Assembly: GCF_038025025.1 (NCBI RefSeq)
Contig: NW_027117352.1
Coordinates: 310,001-374,000, forward strand
Source of the DNA: Phyllosticta citribraziliensis
Lineage: Eukaryota
Direction of reading: 5' to 3'
Length of the DNA stretch: 64,000 bases
Every line of letters starts with the position of its first letter. The first letter of the stretch is position 1. Positions 35,768 through 47,165 of the stretch are shown piece by piece. The notes under the pieces were generated by a model that was not told where the DNA came from, searched no databases, and saw only the letters and a program-made list of their open reading frames with translations. A program made the position numbers and the translations under genes.

Positions 35768-37426
35768 ATGCTTCGATCAAGGACTCACACCAAGGAAATC
35801 GTTGCGCTCGTTGCGCTGATTCTCGTTCTCGTTTTGCTTTGGTATCGAATTCTCTACGATGTTCACGGTCGAAGAGCTGGAGAGTACGGAGCCTCAGATG
35901 CTCTGTACCAGAAATTGGAGGCTGGCCAGGAAGAGAACGTTGCCATCGAGTCAGAAGTGTCATCAATTCTTTCCACGTCAGCCACCGCTCTGGAAGACAT
36001 TATGGCCATCGAAGCAACCAGCACAGCGGAGGCCACTGCGCAGAGCACACTTGAGGATGACATGGTAGCTTCCATGGAGACAGAGACCGCCAGTGACATG
36101 GGATTCAGTGCCGCGGATATGTCTACAAGCATGCCCTGGGAAATGACAGAGACGACGTCATTTGAAACCAGCAGTACTGCCTTTGATGCTGAAGAGACCA
36201 GCACATCGAGCGTTGAAGAGACTAGCACCTCTAGCACTGAAGAGACGACAAGCAGCTCGAGTGAAGTCACAAGCTCTACAGCTGAGGCTTCAACTCCGAA
36301 ATCAGTCAGGAACTCCAATTCTTGAAGACTGGCCATGTTGCTGACAAGTAACAGTCTCAATTCGCACTCATATCCGAACTTTCATTTGGTCCAGGCCCTG
36401 TCAAGCCCCCGGGCCACAACTACACCAAGTCTGTCGTCATCCCACGCACGACCAAAGAAGACATTAGCTGGCTTGACCAGACTTTTGGCGACGACAACCT
36501 GCTCCAAAAGGCCGTCTACACCGTCGACAAGCCTGTGAAGCCCTATATTCTCCCGTCCAACAAGGGCAACGAAGTCATGGCCTACCTGACCTACATAATC
36601 GATTTCTACGACCATCTTCCCGACGTCTCCATCTTCATGCACGCTCATGAATTCGCCTGGCACAACAACGAGCTGCTCGAAATGAGCAGCGCAGCCATGC
36701 TCACCCACCTCAACCTCCGCAAAGTCGTACGCGACGGCTACGTCAATCTGCGCTGCCATCGCTACCCATCCTGCCCGGACCACCTCTTCCCGTTTGCCAA
36801 AAACCACAGCGTGTGGGACGTCCCGGAGGAATCCATCTTCGCGGACGCGTGGATGGAGATCCTGCCCCACGAGCCTGTCCCCGAGGTACTGTCTCAGCCT
36901 TGCTGCGCGCAGTTTGCCGTGTCGCGCGAGCGCATTCGCGCTCTGCCGCGCGCGCAGTACAAGCATTTCCGCAAGTGGCTCATGTACACGACGCTGGAAA
37001 ACCGCGTCTCGGGCCGCGTTTGGGAGTACATCTACCAGTACATTTGGGCCGGCGTGCCGCAGTTCTGCCCCGAAGAACATGCCTGCTACTGCGAGAACTA
37101 CGGTCTATGTAATTACCCTCCCCAAACTAGCGAGGAGACATGGTTAGAATTGACGACACTAACACAAAACAGGCTTCGGAGGCGAAAAGGAATACAACTA
37201 CTTCTTCCAGAAGAAGGCCGTCGTTGCGAGTTTGGCGGATCTGGCTCGCCAACAGATGTTGGAGGAGGGCGGGAATGCGACGTATCCGATTGATTATGAC
37301 GCGCATTTGCGGACGGCGACGCAGGAGGTCAAGGATGAGCTGGATATGGCGTTTTTGAGGGGCATGTCGCCCTACTTTAGGGCGTTGGAGGTGGGCAGGC
37401 AGTGGGTGGAGGGAGATGGCTTTTAG
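35768..37426 (+). CDS. DUF3431-family type II membrane protein with Ser/Thr/Glu-rich stalk, 3 exons
   Basis: N-terminal TM segment, NKGNEVMAYLTYIIDFYDHLPD..FMHAH, GYVNLRC, CCAQFAVSRERI and GRVWEY. Confidence 0.85.
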
Positions 37427-37967
37427 TGTGTTGTTGTATGTCTTGTGGTGTTGAGGGCGTTGGAAAATGTGTTGCTCCTGGTTTTTTCTCCTGGACTTGT
37501 CAACATCTTTTCCTCGTTTTTATTTCCGTATATTGCAGTGCGGTTGGGAACAATTTATTAGCTTCACTGGCTAACTGTGTTACCTGTATCAACATCATGA
37601 GATCATGCAAACATGGAAACAATGTAAAACCGACTCATTTCCTCCTGACTCAACATCCACTTCGACATAGGCAACGACATGGCTGTGGAAGACTCCTTGC
37701 TTACTGTAGATCATGTTCACATTGACGCTAAAACAGAGCTTGAATAAACAGACAGCAAGGCAAACCGAGAGAAAGGGTGGAAAGCAAGAGCCGACAGCAC
37801 AAACGCACCGCAACGCAACCCCTCCTCCTCTACCCAATTCGTCTTGTTGGACTCCTCGCTTCTAAGTACTTGCCAGCCTGTTCTCTTTACTGCTCGCAGG
37901 AAAATTCGACAAACGGGGGATCCTGTCATCTTTGCAGAAGCGCACAGTGTAGGTGCTAGCCCTCTGG

Positions 37968-39478
37968 CTAAAATCCGTGGTCACAGCGCCGCCCCTGCCA
38001 GCGTGTGCCGCAGACGTAGCAGAACTGAGCGCCGCAGGTGCATCTGCCTTTTATTAGCCAATCCAATCACGTACCATCCACGCGCAATACACCATGAACG
38101 ATCAAAAGGAGAGATATGAAAATCAGGGGTCGGGTACGAGCGTATTTAAAAGGGGGAAGGGAAATGAGACATACGTCATATGATTGCAGCCATCCGTCTT
38201 TTCGACCATGCTCCTGCAGCGGAAGCACTGCTGCCACCCGCGCTGCTGCGCCGTCGCCAGCAGCGCCTTGACGTCGGTGTCTTCGGGACACACGCCGCCT
38301 GCGCCGCCCATGTGGTCCAGGTCCAGCCGCTTGCACTGCACGCATGTGTGCTGCTGGCAGGTGCGGCAGCGCACCAGATCCGCGTTTGCGGGTCGGTTGC
38401 CGTTGTTTCTGCTGGTGTTGGCGCGGTTGGACGGCGGGATGAAGTGGCCGCAGTCTGGTTGTGCGCACCAGATGCGCTCTTCGATGGGCGTCGAGAGAAG
38501 CGCCTCGTGGCGGGTGAGGTTTGATCTTGTTTGCGCGGTGAGGAAGTGAATGACTGATCTGTATGGGATGGGGTGGCCTGGGCAGCATGATGGTGGGAAG
38601 GGTTGCGGGTTGAGCCGCGAGATGCTTGCGGTGATGGCGCCGTCGATGAGCGTGGAGAGGCATTTGGGGCAGTAGTGGTGGTCGCAGGGCAGACGTGTCA
38701 TGCCGCTGGCTGGGTAAGAGTTGAAGCAGACGGCGCAGTCGAAGGTTGGAGGGGGAGCGGGAGGTTGTTGTCGGGTTGATGTTTGCCTTTGAGTGCTGAA
38801 GGACCTGGGTACCCCATTGATGTACCCTGTGGAGAGGCGGTCGCCGGAGAATAATACACCGCTGGAGAGTGTTCCGTTGCGACGTGTGCCTGAATTCCAG
38901 TTGGAGTCGAAGGGTGGTGGGGGGAGAAATTCGGGCCCGCTGTCTTCGTCGACATTGTCTTCGTCGACATCGTCTTCGTCGAAACTGACTTCACCGGCGC
39001 TATCTTCGTCGAGCGAGGTGTCTTCTTCCAGGGCCTCAGCGATAGCACGGTCATCGGCTATTTGCGCTTCTCTCACCCTCTCGAGAGTGTCGTAGAGTGC
39101 TGCTAAATGTGCGTCCCGCGCCGATTGAGCCTCACGGTGTGCCCTGGCTGCGTCGGCGGCGACTTGTAGCTCTTGCTCTGCTCTGAGGCGCAACACATGG
39201 TCCCACATCCAGGCAAGAGAGTTTGTAGGATCATGTATATGTCCTAACGATCCTGGTGCTAGATTCGGGGCTGTTCGAGGTCCCCCAAGACTTGACGGTT
39301 CGCCAATGCGTCTACCCCTTTCCGCGAATCGTCGTAAGACTTCGTGGTGGGGGAGGAGCCTCTGGCGTGACCAAGAAGGGAGATCAATGCCACGGAGCTC
39401 GGCCTCATGAAGAGACCTGGCAAACGCTTCGTCCGACTCGGTGGAATCATTTCCGGGAGCATATCGACTTCGGTACAT
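37968..39478 (-). CDS. RBR E3 ubiquitin ligase C, lacking the C-terminal module
   Basis: CAVCF..LPCDHHYCPKC, FPPSCC, IBR and GCNHMT|CTCGAQFCYVC. Intron 38044-38174. N-terminal UIM-like DEAFARSLHEAE and DDRAIAEALEE. Confidence 0.9.
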
Positions 39479-40291
39479 GTCGGGCGGCCGTTAAGGATTG
39501 GTTCGAGGATAGAGCAAAGACTTTATGGAGGACAGTGGCTCGAATCAGCCGTAATCGAGGTTTGGAGGTCGAAGTTGGTCGGCAGTCACCAGATGTTGAG
39601 GCGAACGGCAATTTCTAGGGTGTTCAGAGGTTCCTGCGTGGTGAGTGTTCTCCAGCCGTACACGCGGATTGTAGTGAAATTGATTTGAAAAGTTCCAGGC
39701 AGAGACATGACAATGAGACTTTGAGACTTCGTGCTTGGAAGCATCTCCGTAGACAGCGTTGCCCATGTGAAACTGCTAGATGCGCAATCGTAAAGACATT
39801 GGTGGCCCTAGAATATGCCCTGGCAGGAATGACAGAACGCGGCGGTAGATGAGTGGTGAAAAATGCTCGATCGCCTTGAAGGAGTCAAAGGAGCCAGGCG
39901 GCCATTTCCGGTCACTATCGCCTTGCTCTCCTCGGTGTGCTGGCCATACGGAGGACGTCTGAACGCCTTGCTTTCGTGCGTGGCTGAATCCTTGTTGACA
40001 TCAATTGTGTATGCTGTGGTTGGCATAAAGAATCAGTAACGAGCCTCAATCAAATGGCAGGGTTCACGTGGGAATGCCGGAAAGAGTGGCTGCTGGAGGC
40101 GGGCATTTCAACCGCGCCAAAATCGTCGTTTTTGATGCTACTGAGTAGATCCTTGACCCGGTCCTTGAACACCATGACTTCGTAAAGTGGTCCCATTTTT
40201 TCAGGAATCAAGCCATAATCGAGCCTGTTCAGAACCTCAACCCCTGCCGGAATGAAATCCCCTAATTCACAAATTCGAATCCGGAGCGCGC

Positions 40292-40873
40292 TTAAGCGCC
40301 AGCGCCAGCAGAGACCTTGGCGGCCTGCTGGGGGTTGATCTTCTTGCCGTCCTTGTTGTACCGAATCCTGGGCGGGGGAGCGCGGTTGCGGCGGCCCTCG
40401 CGGGAACGGACACTGAACAGCGTCAGCCTGGAGCGGGCTTGCAACCAAGGGCAATGGATACGTACCGGACAATTTTGCCGTGGATAGCGCACGAGACGCA
40501 GTACTGGAGCTTGAGGTACATCTTGGGGACGGTGTACTCGGGGAAGACAGAAGCATCCGAGATATCACCTATTACAAACAGGAATCAGCGTTCCGTTCTC
40601 CCGCCAAGGTTCTTCTCAATCTCCTGCCACCAAAAAGGCGGCCCCTCCAATTGTAGTGTGCGCGGGGTACGTACGGATGGCGGCGGACTCGACCATGTTG
40701 CGGATGGTGAATCTCTTGATCGCCTTGTCCTTGGGGGTGCATCGCGAGCAGTTGGAGCAGCGGATGGGCTTGACGTGGCCGCGGCCCTTCTTGTTGCGAC
40801 CGCTGCGAAGTGTTAGTTACCGAGCGCAAAGGGAACGAGGGGAGACGCACTTGTTAGCCCTCTTCTTGACCAT
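40292..40873 (-). CDS. RPS26: 40S ribosomal protein S26 (eS26), 4 exons
   Basis: [38 protein letters not shown]..|[44 protein letters not shown]. Confidence 0.98.
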
Positions 40874-41448
40874 TTTGACTGAATCTGCTGGGGGAGAAGC
40901 TCAGAGATTCAGGTGGGATGTCGTCGTTGGTAGAGCAGAGGCCGGGCGGGAGTCGCGACGGCGATTGTGTGTTTCGCTTGTGCGTGGCCCGAGCTCCGGT
41001 CGTCGGGGCGGGGCGACTCTAATCCGAGCTTCTCTCGTCAGGCCCAATCGGGGCAAGCGCGGCGGACGACAGCCCAGGGCGCCCTCCCATGTGATCATCA
41101 GGGATCTTGAAGTCCCGTCTCTCTGTGATCCCAGCCAAGGAAGTCCAAGTTGCTGTGCGCCGTCTTGCCGTCCCGTAACACCACCACTCCCTGCACTCCC
41201 GCTTGTTGATTCTTTTGCCGCGTTCTCTGGCTTCCAGCGCTGCCATCAACCGTCTCCTCCACCTCCGCCAGTCACAGAGCGCATTTTACTAGCCTCTTGC
41301 GCAAAATCCTGTCCCACCTGGCAACCTTCCGATCCAGCCCAACTTCGCCTCGCCCTCTTCTTGGCTAGGATACACGTTTGACTGGTCTCCGATAGGCCGC
41401 ATTCGACCCCAAACTTCACTTCACTGACCACAGTGGACGGTCGTCATC

Positions 41449-43587
41449 ATGTCTGCTGCCGGTACCTATCGCTCCAACCAGAAGCCGAGAGGAAATCTCC
41501 CCACCTTCAACGGTGCCTCGGGCATTCCTAGGCCTGCGGACAACCATAGTGAAGTCGGCAGCCCTGCTGGAAGTGCCAGCTTGAGCGCCAGCCGCGCCAA
41601 ACAGTCGAAGCGCGACGAGGTACGTTTGCTTTCGAGCATGTACAATTGGCCTCTCACTGACGCCCGGCCAAGGCAATCCGCAAGAAAATCGAGCTCGACT
41701 TGAACAAGAAGCGCAACCCCCAGGGACGCGTCCGTCCCTCGCGCAAAGCTCCCCCTGGAACCGTCCTTGCCCTCAAGCCCAGCTCCGCGCTCCAGATCAA
41801 GCCCCACATTACCGTTGCAGAGGCCGCCCAGCTCATGGCAGCAAAGCGCGAGGACTGCGTCTTGGTTACCGACAATGACGAGCGCATTGCTGGTATTTTC
41901 ACGGCAAAGGACCTCGCATTCCGTGTCGTTGGAGCTGGGATCAGAGCTAGGGACATTACAATTTCTGAAATCATGACCAAGAACCCCCTCTGCGCGAAGA
42001 CGGATACCAGCGCAACAGACGCGCTGGATCTTATGGTGCGCAAGGGGTTCCGCCATTTGCCCGTCATGGACGAGAACCACGATATTGCTGGTGTCCTCGA
42101 CATTACCAAATGCTTCTACGAAGCTATGGAGAAGCTGGAGCGAGCGTACAGCTCATCCAGAAAGCTCTACGATGCTTTGGAGGGTGTACAAGCTGAGCTG
42201 GGATCCAGCCAGCCTCAGCAAGTCATTCAGTATGTCGAGGCTATTAGGTCCAAGATGTCTGGCCCCACGTTGGAGTCGGTCTTGTCGGGCCTGCCCCCGA
42301 CGACCGTCTCTGTGAGGACCTCGGTCAAGGAAGCCGCCCAGCTTATGAGGGAGAACCACACGACCGCGTTGCTGGTGCAGGACAACGGCTCCATCACTGG
42401 CATCTTTACCAGCAAGGATGTTGTTCTTCGTGTCATTGCTGCTGGTCTTGACCCCTCTACCTGCAGCGTGGTCCGTGTGATGACGCCCCACCCCGACTTT
42501 GCTCCCATTGACATGAGCATTCAAGCTGCTCTTCGCAAGATGCATGGCAAGTGATTCGGATCTTTATAAATGACACCGACTAACCCTTCCTAGACGGCCA
42601 TTACCTCAACCTGCCCGTCATGAGCGAGGCTGGCGAGATTGTCGGCATGGTGGACGTGCTCAGGCTAACATATGCCACGTTGGACCAGGTAAAACCCCTC
42701 AAAATCCGATCCAGGATGTGGTTCTGACAAAATTTTAGATCAACACCATGCAGACTGGAGATAACGAAGGTCCTGCGTGGAACAAATTTTGGCTTTCGCT
42801 GGACGCCGAAACCGAGTCAATGATGTCGGGCGAAGGTGGCAGCCACCATCCCCGCACCGACATTTCAAGATCCCACGTTGTGTCTCCGGACGTCGGCCGT
42901 AACCTCGAGCGTGGAGAAAGCGTCATGCCCCATGAATCTGCCTCGCATGTTGGTGCTGAAAGCCCCGAGGCTTCGGCCGTAGCGCCGTCGGCTGCGATGA
43001 CCCTGGAGGACATCCCTTTTGCTTTCAAGTTCAAGGCTCCCAGCGGACGCACCCACCGCCTGCAGGTTGTTCCGTCAGCGGGCATCGAGGAATTTATTTC
43101 TCACGTTGTCGACAAGCTCGGCAGCGAAGTTGAAGCAGTTGGCGGAGCGCCTACTGTTGAAGACGGCCACCTGAGTCCCTCCGGCTTTGCTCTCAGCTAC
43201 CTTGATAACGAGGGCGACACCGTGTCCATCACTACAGTTCGAGACCTGATCGAGGCTGTCAGCCTTGCTCATCTCAGCCACCGGGACAAGGTCGACCTCT
43301 TCGTCCACGATCCCGAACACCCGCCCATCCCCGCAACCACCAACCCACAGCCCGACGTTCCCAAGATCAACACGCCGCCCGAGTCCGTTCTGAGAGAACG
43401 GAGAAGCGTGTCGTATGAGGACAGCGACGAGGAGATGGAGAAGCCCAGGCGCAAGAAGACCCAGCAGGCTGCACAAGAACCTATCATTGCCGGCGTGCCC
43501 AACGAGCTGCTCCTACCTGGCGCCATCGTGACGCTTGCGGTGGTGATTGTTGGCGTTTTTGCGCTTGGCCGCGCCAGTGGCAAATAA
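41449..43587 (+). CDS. CBS-pair plus PB1 domain membrane-anchored protein (Mug70-like), 4 exons
   Basis: Four CBS repeats (GIFTAKD, GFRHLPV, GIFTSKD, GHYLNLPV), PB1 (FKFKAPSGRTHR, YLDNEGD) and a C-terminal TM segment. The second intron is GC-AG (42547-42593). Confidence 0.93.
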
Positions 43588-44137
43588 TTTGCTCTTCGAG
43601 CATGGATGGGTAGCGTGATTCTTTTTAAGTGACGATATCATGGTGAAGGCTGTCTGCATGGGATACGGCCGTTATCTGGAGGCGCATTGGTTGGCTTGAA
43701 TGTATTTAGTATTGTAGTGTAGCGTAGCGATGGGATGCGGCAGCGAGCGAGCGAGAAGAGAGGCGGACGAGCGAATCAGAGGTTTTCAATTCATCTGCGC
43801 GTTGAACGAGATTCAAGCATAGCGAGAGATGAGGTACACAATTCTAATTTTACCTGGCTCCAAACCACAAAGGGCTGCTCTTGTCCTGCGTGTCATAGGT
43901 ATCGTGCTACTAGGTTCGTCAAGTGAAAAGTTGTAAAACAGTAAAAGTGAAGGATTAGAGAAGAAGAGAGGTAGGGACCGTTTATCTTCCGTACCCTTGC
44001 GGTATCAAACAGCCTCTTTACTGAGCCACACCACCAACACCGACCTGCCAACCGCTCGTCTCGCTTACCCTGACAGGCAAAAATCAACACTGCAGCTACA
44101 CTCGAACAGCAACCGTCCAACAGAGTCTTTCCACCTT

Positions 44138-46585
44138 CTAAGGAAGCATCATCACCTTCTCATTGGTAATAGGCCCCTTGCCAGCCGCCGAACCATCATC
44201 ACTGCCCGACCTATCCACGACGCCATCAACACCATGAATGACCTCACCATCGACCACAGGAGTCGAAAACTGGCCCTGAGTCGGACGGTCCTGAAAGATG
44301 CCCTGAGGCAAGATGAGCTGATCCTCGTCGTGGTGATCGGTGCCCTCGCCGAGGCCCGGGGGCGGGAAGATCCAGCTAAAAGCCGGGTAGACGACCATGG
44401 CGATGCAGAAGCCGGTGATGAAGCCGAGGCGCGACAGCTTCATCCAGCCGTTGGGCGCGCGGTTCAGATCCGCGCAGCCCATGATGTAGCCCGGCATGGC
44501 GGGGAAGATGGCCAGCACGAACGACGCAAAGGCGCGCCAGTTGAAGCCTTTGGTGTACCAGTATATGCTCTGTTCGTTGCCGAGGTACAGGTCGCGCATC
44601 TTGACCGTGCGCCGTCGCACCACCCAGTAGTCGGCCACAAGAATACCGGACAGTGGCCCGTAGAAGGTACCGAAGCCGGAGAGCACGGCGATGAAGGTTG
44701 CCGCGCTGCTGGTTAGCTCCCATGGGTTGACGGCAACGCCGACCGCGGCGATCAGGTACGCTCCGCGCCGGATGTTGAGCCATTTCGGGCTGTACGAGGC
44801 GAGGTCCATGGCTGACGCGACGCTGTTGAGGATGATGTTCACGGTGACTTGCGCGAAGGCGCAGGCGGCGCTGGCGAAGAAGACGGCGGCTCGCGAGCGC
44901 GGCGAGTTGTTGTAGTGCGATTGAATGTTTCGGAGCAGTAGGTAGGGCTGCCAGTAGGCTTCGCCGAGGACATCAGCAGCCGCAGACGTGCAGACGATGC
45001 CGAGGGCGAAAGCGAGATAGATCTGTGTGAAGTTAGGTCAACTTGGCCTTCCTGCCAAAGATTGGGGAAGGGAGGAAGGGCGTACGAATATGGGGCATGC
45101 TATGGCCTGCGCGATCATGGGGATTTTGTTTCCGTCTTTAGAGAAGCGGCACCAGTCAGACTGGCCGAGGGTGATGACGGCACAGTTTCCGAGCACGCTC
45201 GTGGCGCCGTATACCATTGCCCATGCTGGTTTGCTGGGTCAGTTTTGTTCTACCGGATGAGGGGAAAAGTACTCACCAACTGAGCCGGCTAAAAGTGATG
45301 GTGGCTCATAGTCGTGGGCAAAATATTTGCCACCTCCGCCGGCAGTGTTGACGGACCAGATGAGAATGCCTTTAAAGGTCAGTAGAGCTTCAAGGGTCGT
45401 CAGGGGCTGGGTCTGATAATTACCGGTTACAACCATTGCGAACATGACGCAGGAGACCAAGAAGGGCTTGTAAAGGCGTTCAGGGGGAAGCCACATGACA
45501 ATCAAGACTGGACGCAGTTGGTCAGGCCAAGACTTCTAGAAACAATGGGGTGAATATCTTTACAGATAACGTAGTAGAGCATGAAGCCGATGAAATCCTA
45601 GAATCGAGACGTATCAAATCAGCCAAGGCAAGTGATTGTGATCCTGGGGAAGATAAACCTTGAGCTGCAAAGTGCCGTTCGCAAGGGGATAGTCCCATTC
45701 GGCCCACGTGAGAGACCAGGTCCCAATCATGGTAGCAACCGCTTGACCACCCCAAAAAGCCTACGAAGTATCGTCAGTATCTTCATCCCTACGAAGGGAG
45801 AAAATTAAAGGCAACTGTAACCAACCTCAATGCCATCCCAAATCAATCCTGGCATGACACGGAAGAATACGGCGAACCAACTGCCTCTCATGCCCCAGGC
45901 TAGCCGACTCGTAACCGTAAAAGTGATGTGATGGGCTCCGCCGGGCCACTGCACCCGTCGGTCAACATTCCTTCATGTCACTCGATCTCCGCGAACGTGA
46001 GGTGCCACTTACACCACACAGGACACACATCATTGCCAACACAATGGGAGAGACGAGACCAGCTGTGAGGCATTGCCTCGCACTCAGACCGTACGCAATG
46101 AGGGCAGAGCCAGTCGCGTAGTTGTAAATGGCGAAACCTGTAGCACAATTTAGCAAACGGCGGCGCAAATAGACTTTCGTCAAAGCCTGCGGGGCCACAC
46201 TCACCTCCCGTCATCCAGTAAACCGAATACTTCCACCATCCCCAAGTACGTCTGGCGAGGCTGTCAGAACCGCACAACGCTACGCGACCTCAAAGGGGAG
46301 TGGCTGAGATGAATTTACCGCGTCTTGTCCATCGGCGCGAGGTCTGCGTGATCCGGTCAGCATGCAACTATGACGCACATGAAGTTCCTGGAGTCCTCAT
46401 TCGTCGCCATCGTGCTGCAGTAGCCTCGCCTTGTTGTCGGTGAAGTAGGAAGAATTCGACGCACCTGGATTGATCCATTGGTCCACTTTGAAGGTGCCAC
46501 TCGTCGGAGGCTGCACCTCCATTCTCTTGAGCGTTTGCCTCAATTTCGAGCCATCCCAGCTCGCTGAAGATGAGAAGGAAGCCAT
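44138..46585 (-). CDS. NCS1 (Fur/Dal4-type) nucleobase/allantoin permease, 11 exons
   Basis: QWINPDLAPM...RRTWGWW, HITF.V.SR..WG.RG, SDWCRF, PKWLNIRRG, VNPWEL, ADYWVVRR and YWYTKGFNWRA. Ten canonical introns between 45023 and 46464 give an open spliced frame. Confidence 0.92.
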
Positions 46586-47165
46586 GACGACGACAGAATC
46601 ATAGAGCAGTGAAGGAAAAAAGAAACAACGGGGCAGTGAAGAGATGTCTAGTGAACGACGGCGTCTCTTATCTAACTACATTGGGCATATGTGAATTCCA
46701 TGAGGAGATACGGTCGATAGGACTGCCCGGAGGGATGGTTTTCGTGGGGAAGGGGTGATCCTGGAGAGCGAATGCTTAAACCTGGGGATGGCTGCGGCTC
46801 GGGTCCAATTGGATTACTCGGAATGGCTCCCGCCTGCTGTGGATATCTTATCAAATAGCGACACGGATTGAGGGGTGCTTGATGAGCTTGGCACTTGGGA
46901 TATCATCCTAAATCCAGGGTCGAGCGGCTATGGCGGGGTGGAAGTCTGGTAGGTGTAGGACCCTGCTTAAGAGACCAATCGGCAATGCCATTGCATACTT
47001 GATAGCTTCGTATCAGCGGTTTCTATCGTACTTTGAGCATTTGGTTGGCGTGCGTACACCACTTCTGCACCACCTTTCTACTGGCAAAGATAAATACCGA
47101 AGCCTTCGAGCGACCGAGATGGAAACACCAAAAGCTTCATTGTTTTCTTGGGCCTGGTTGGCAAC
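46586..47165. promoter_or_regulatory. Divergent promoter with a GATA-site cluster (putative AreA/NIT2 control)
   Basis: 12 GATA cores counted on both strands. Six are full HGATAR sites, near 46668, 46715, 46848, 47000, 47023 and 47088. Confidence 0.55.

Noticed and set aside
40050..40291. Protein-looking frame continuing past the RPS26 stop
   Set aside because: It is out of frame with the spliced RPS26 and lies in the expected 3'UTR. No family resemblance.
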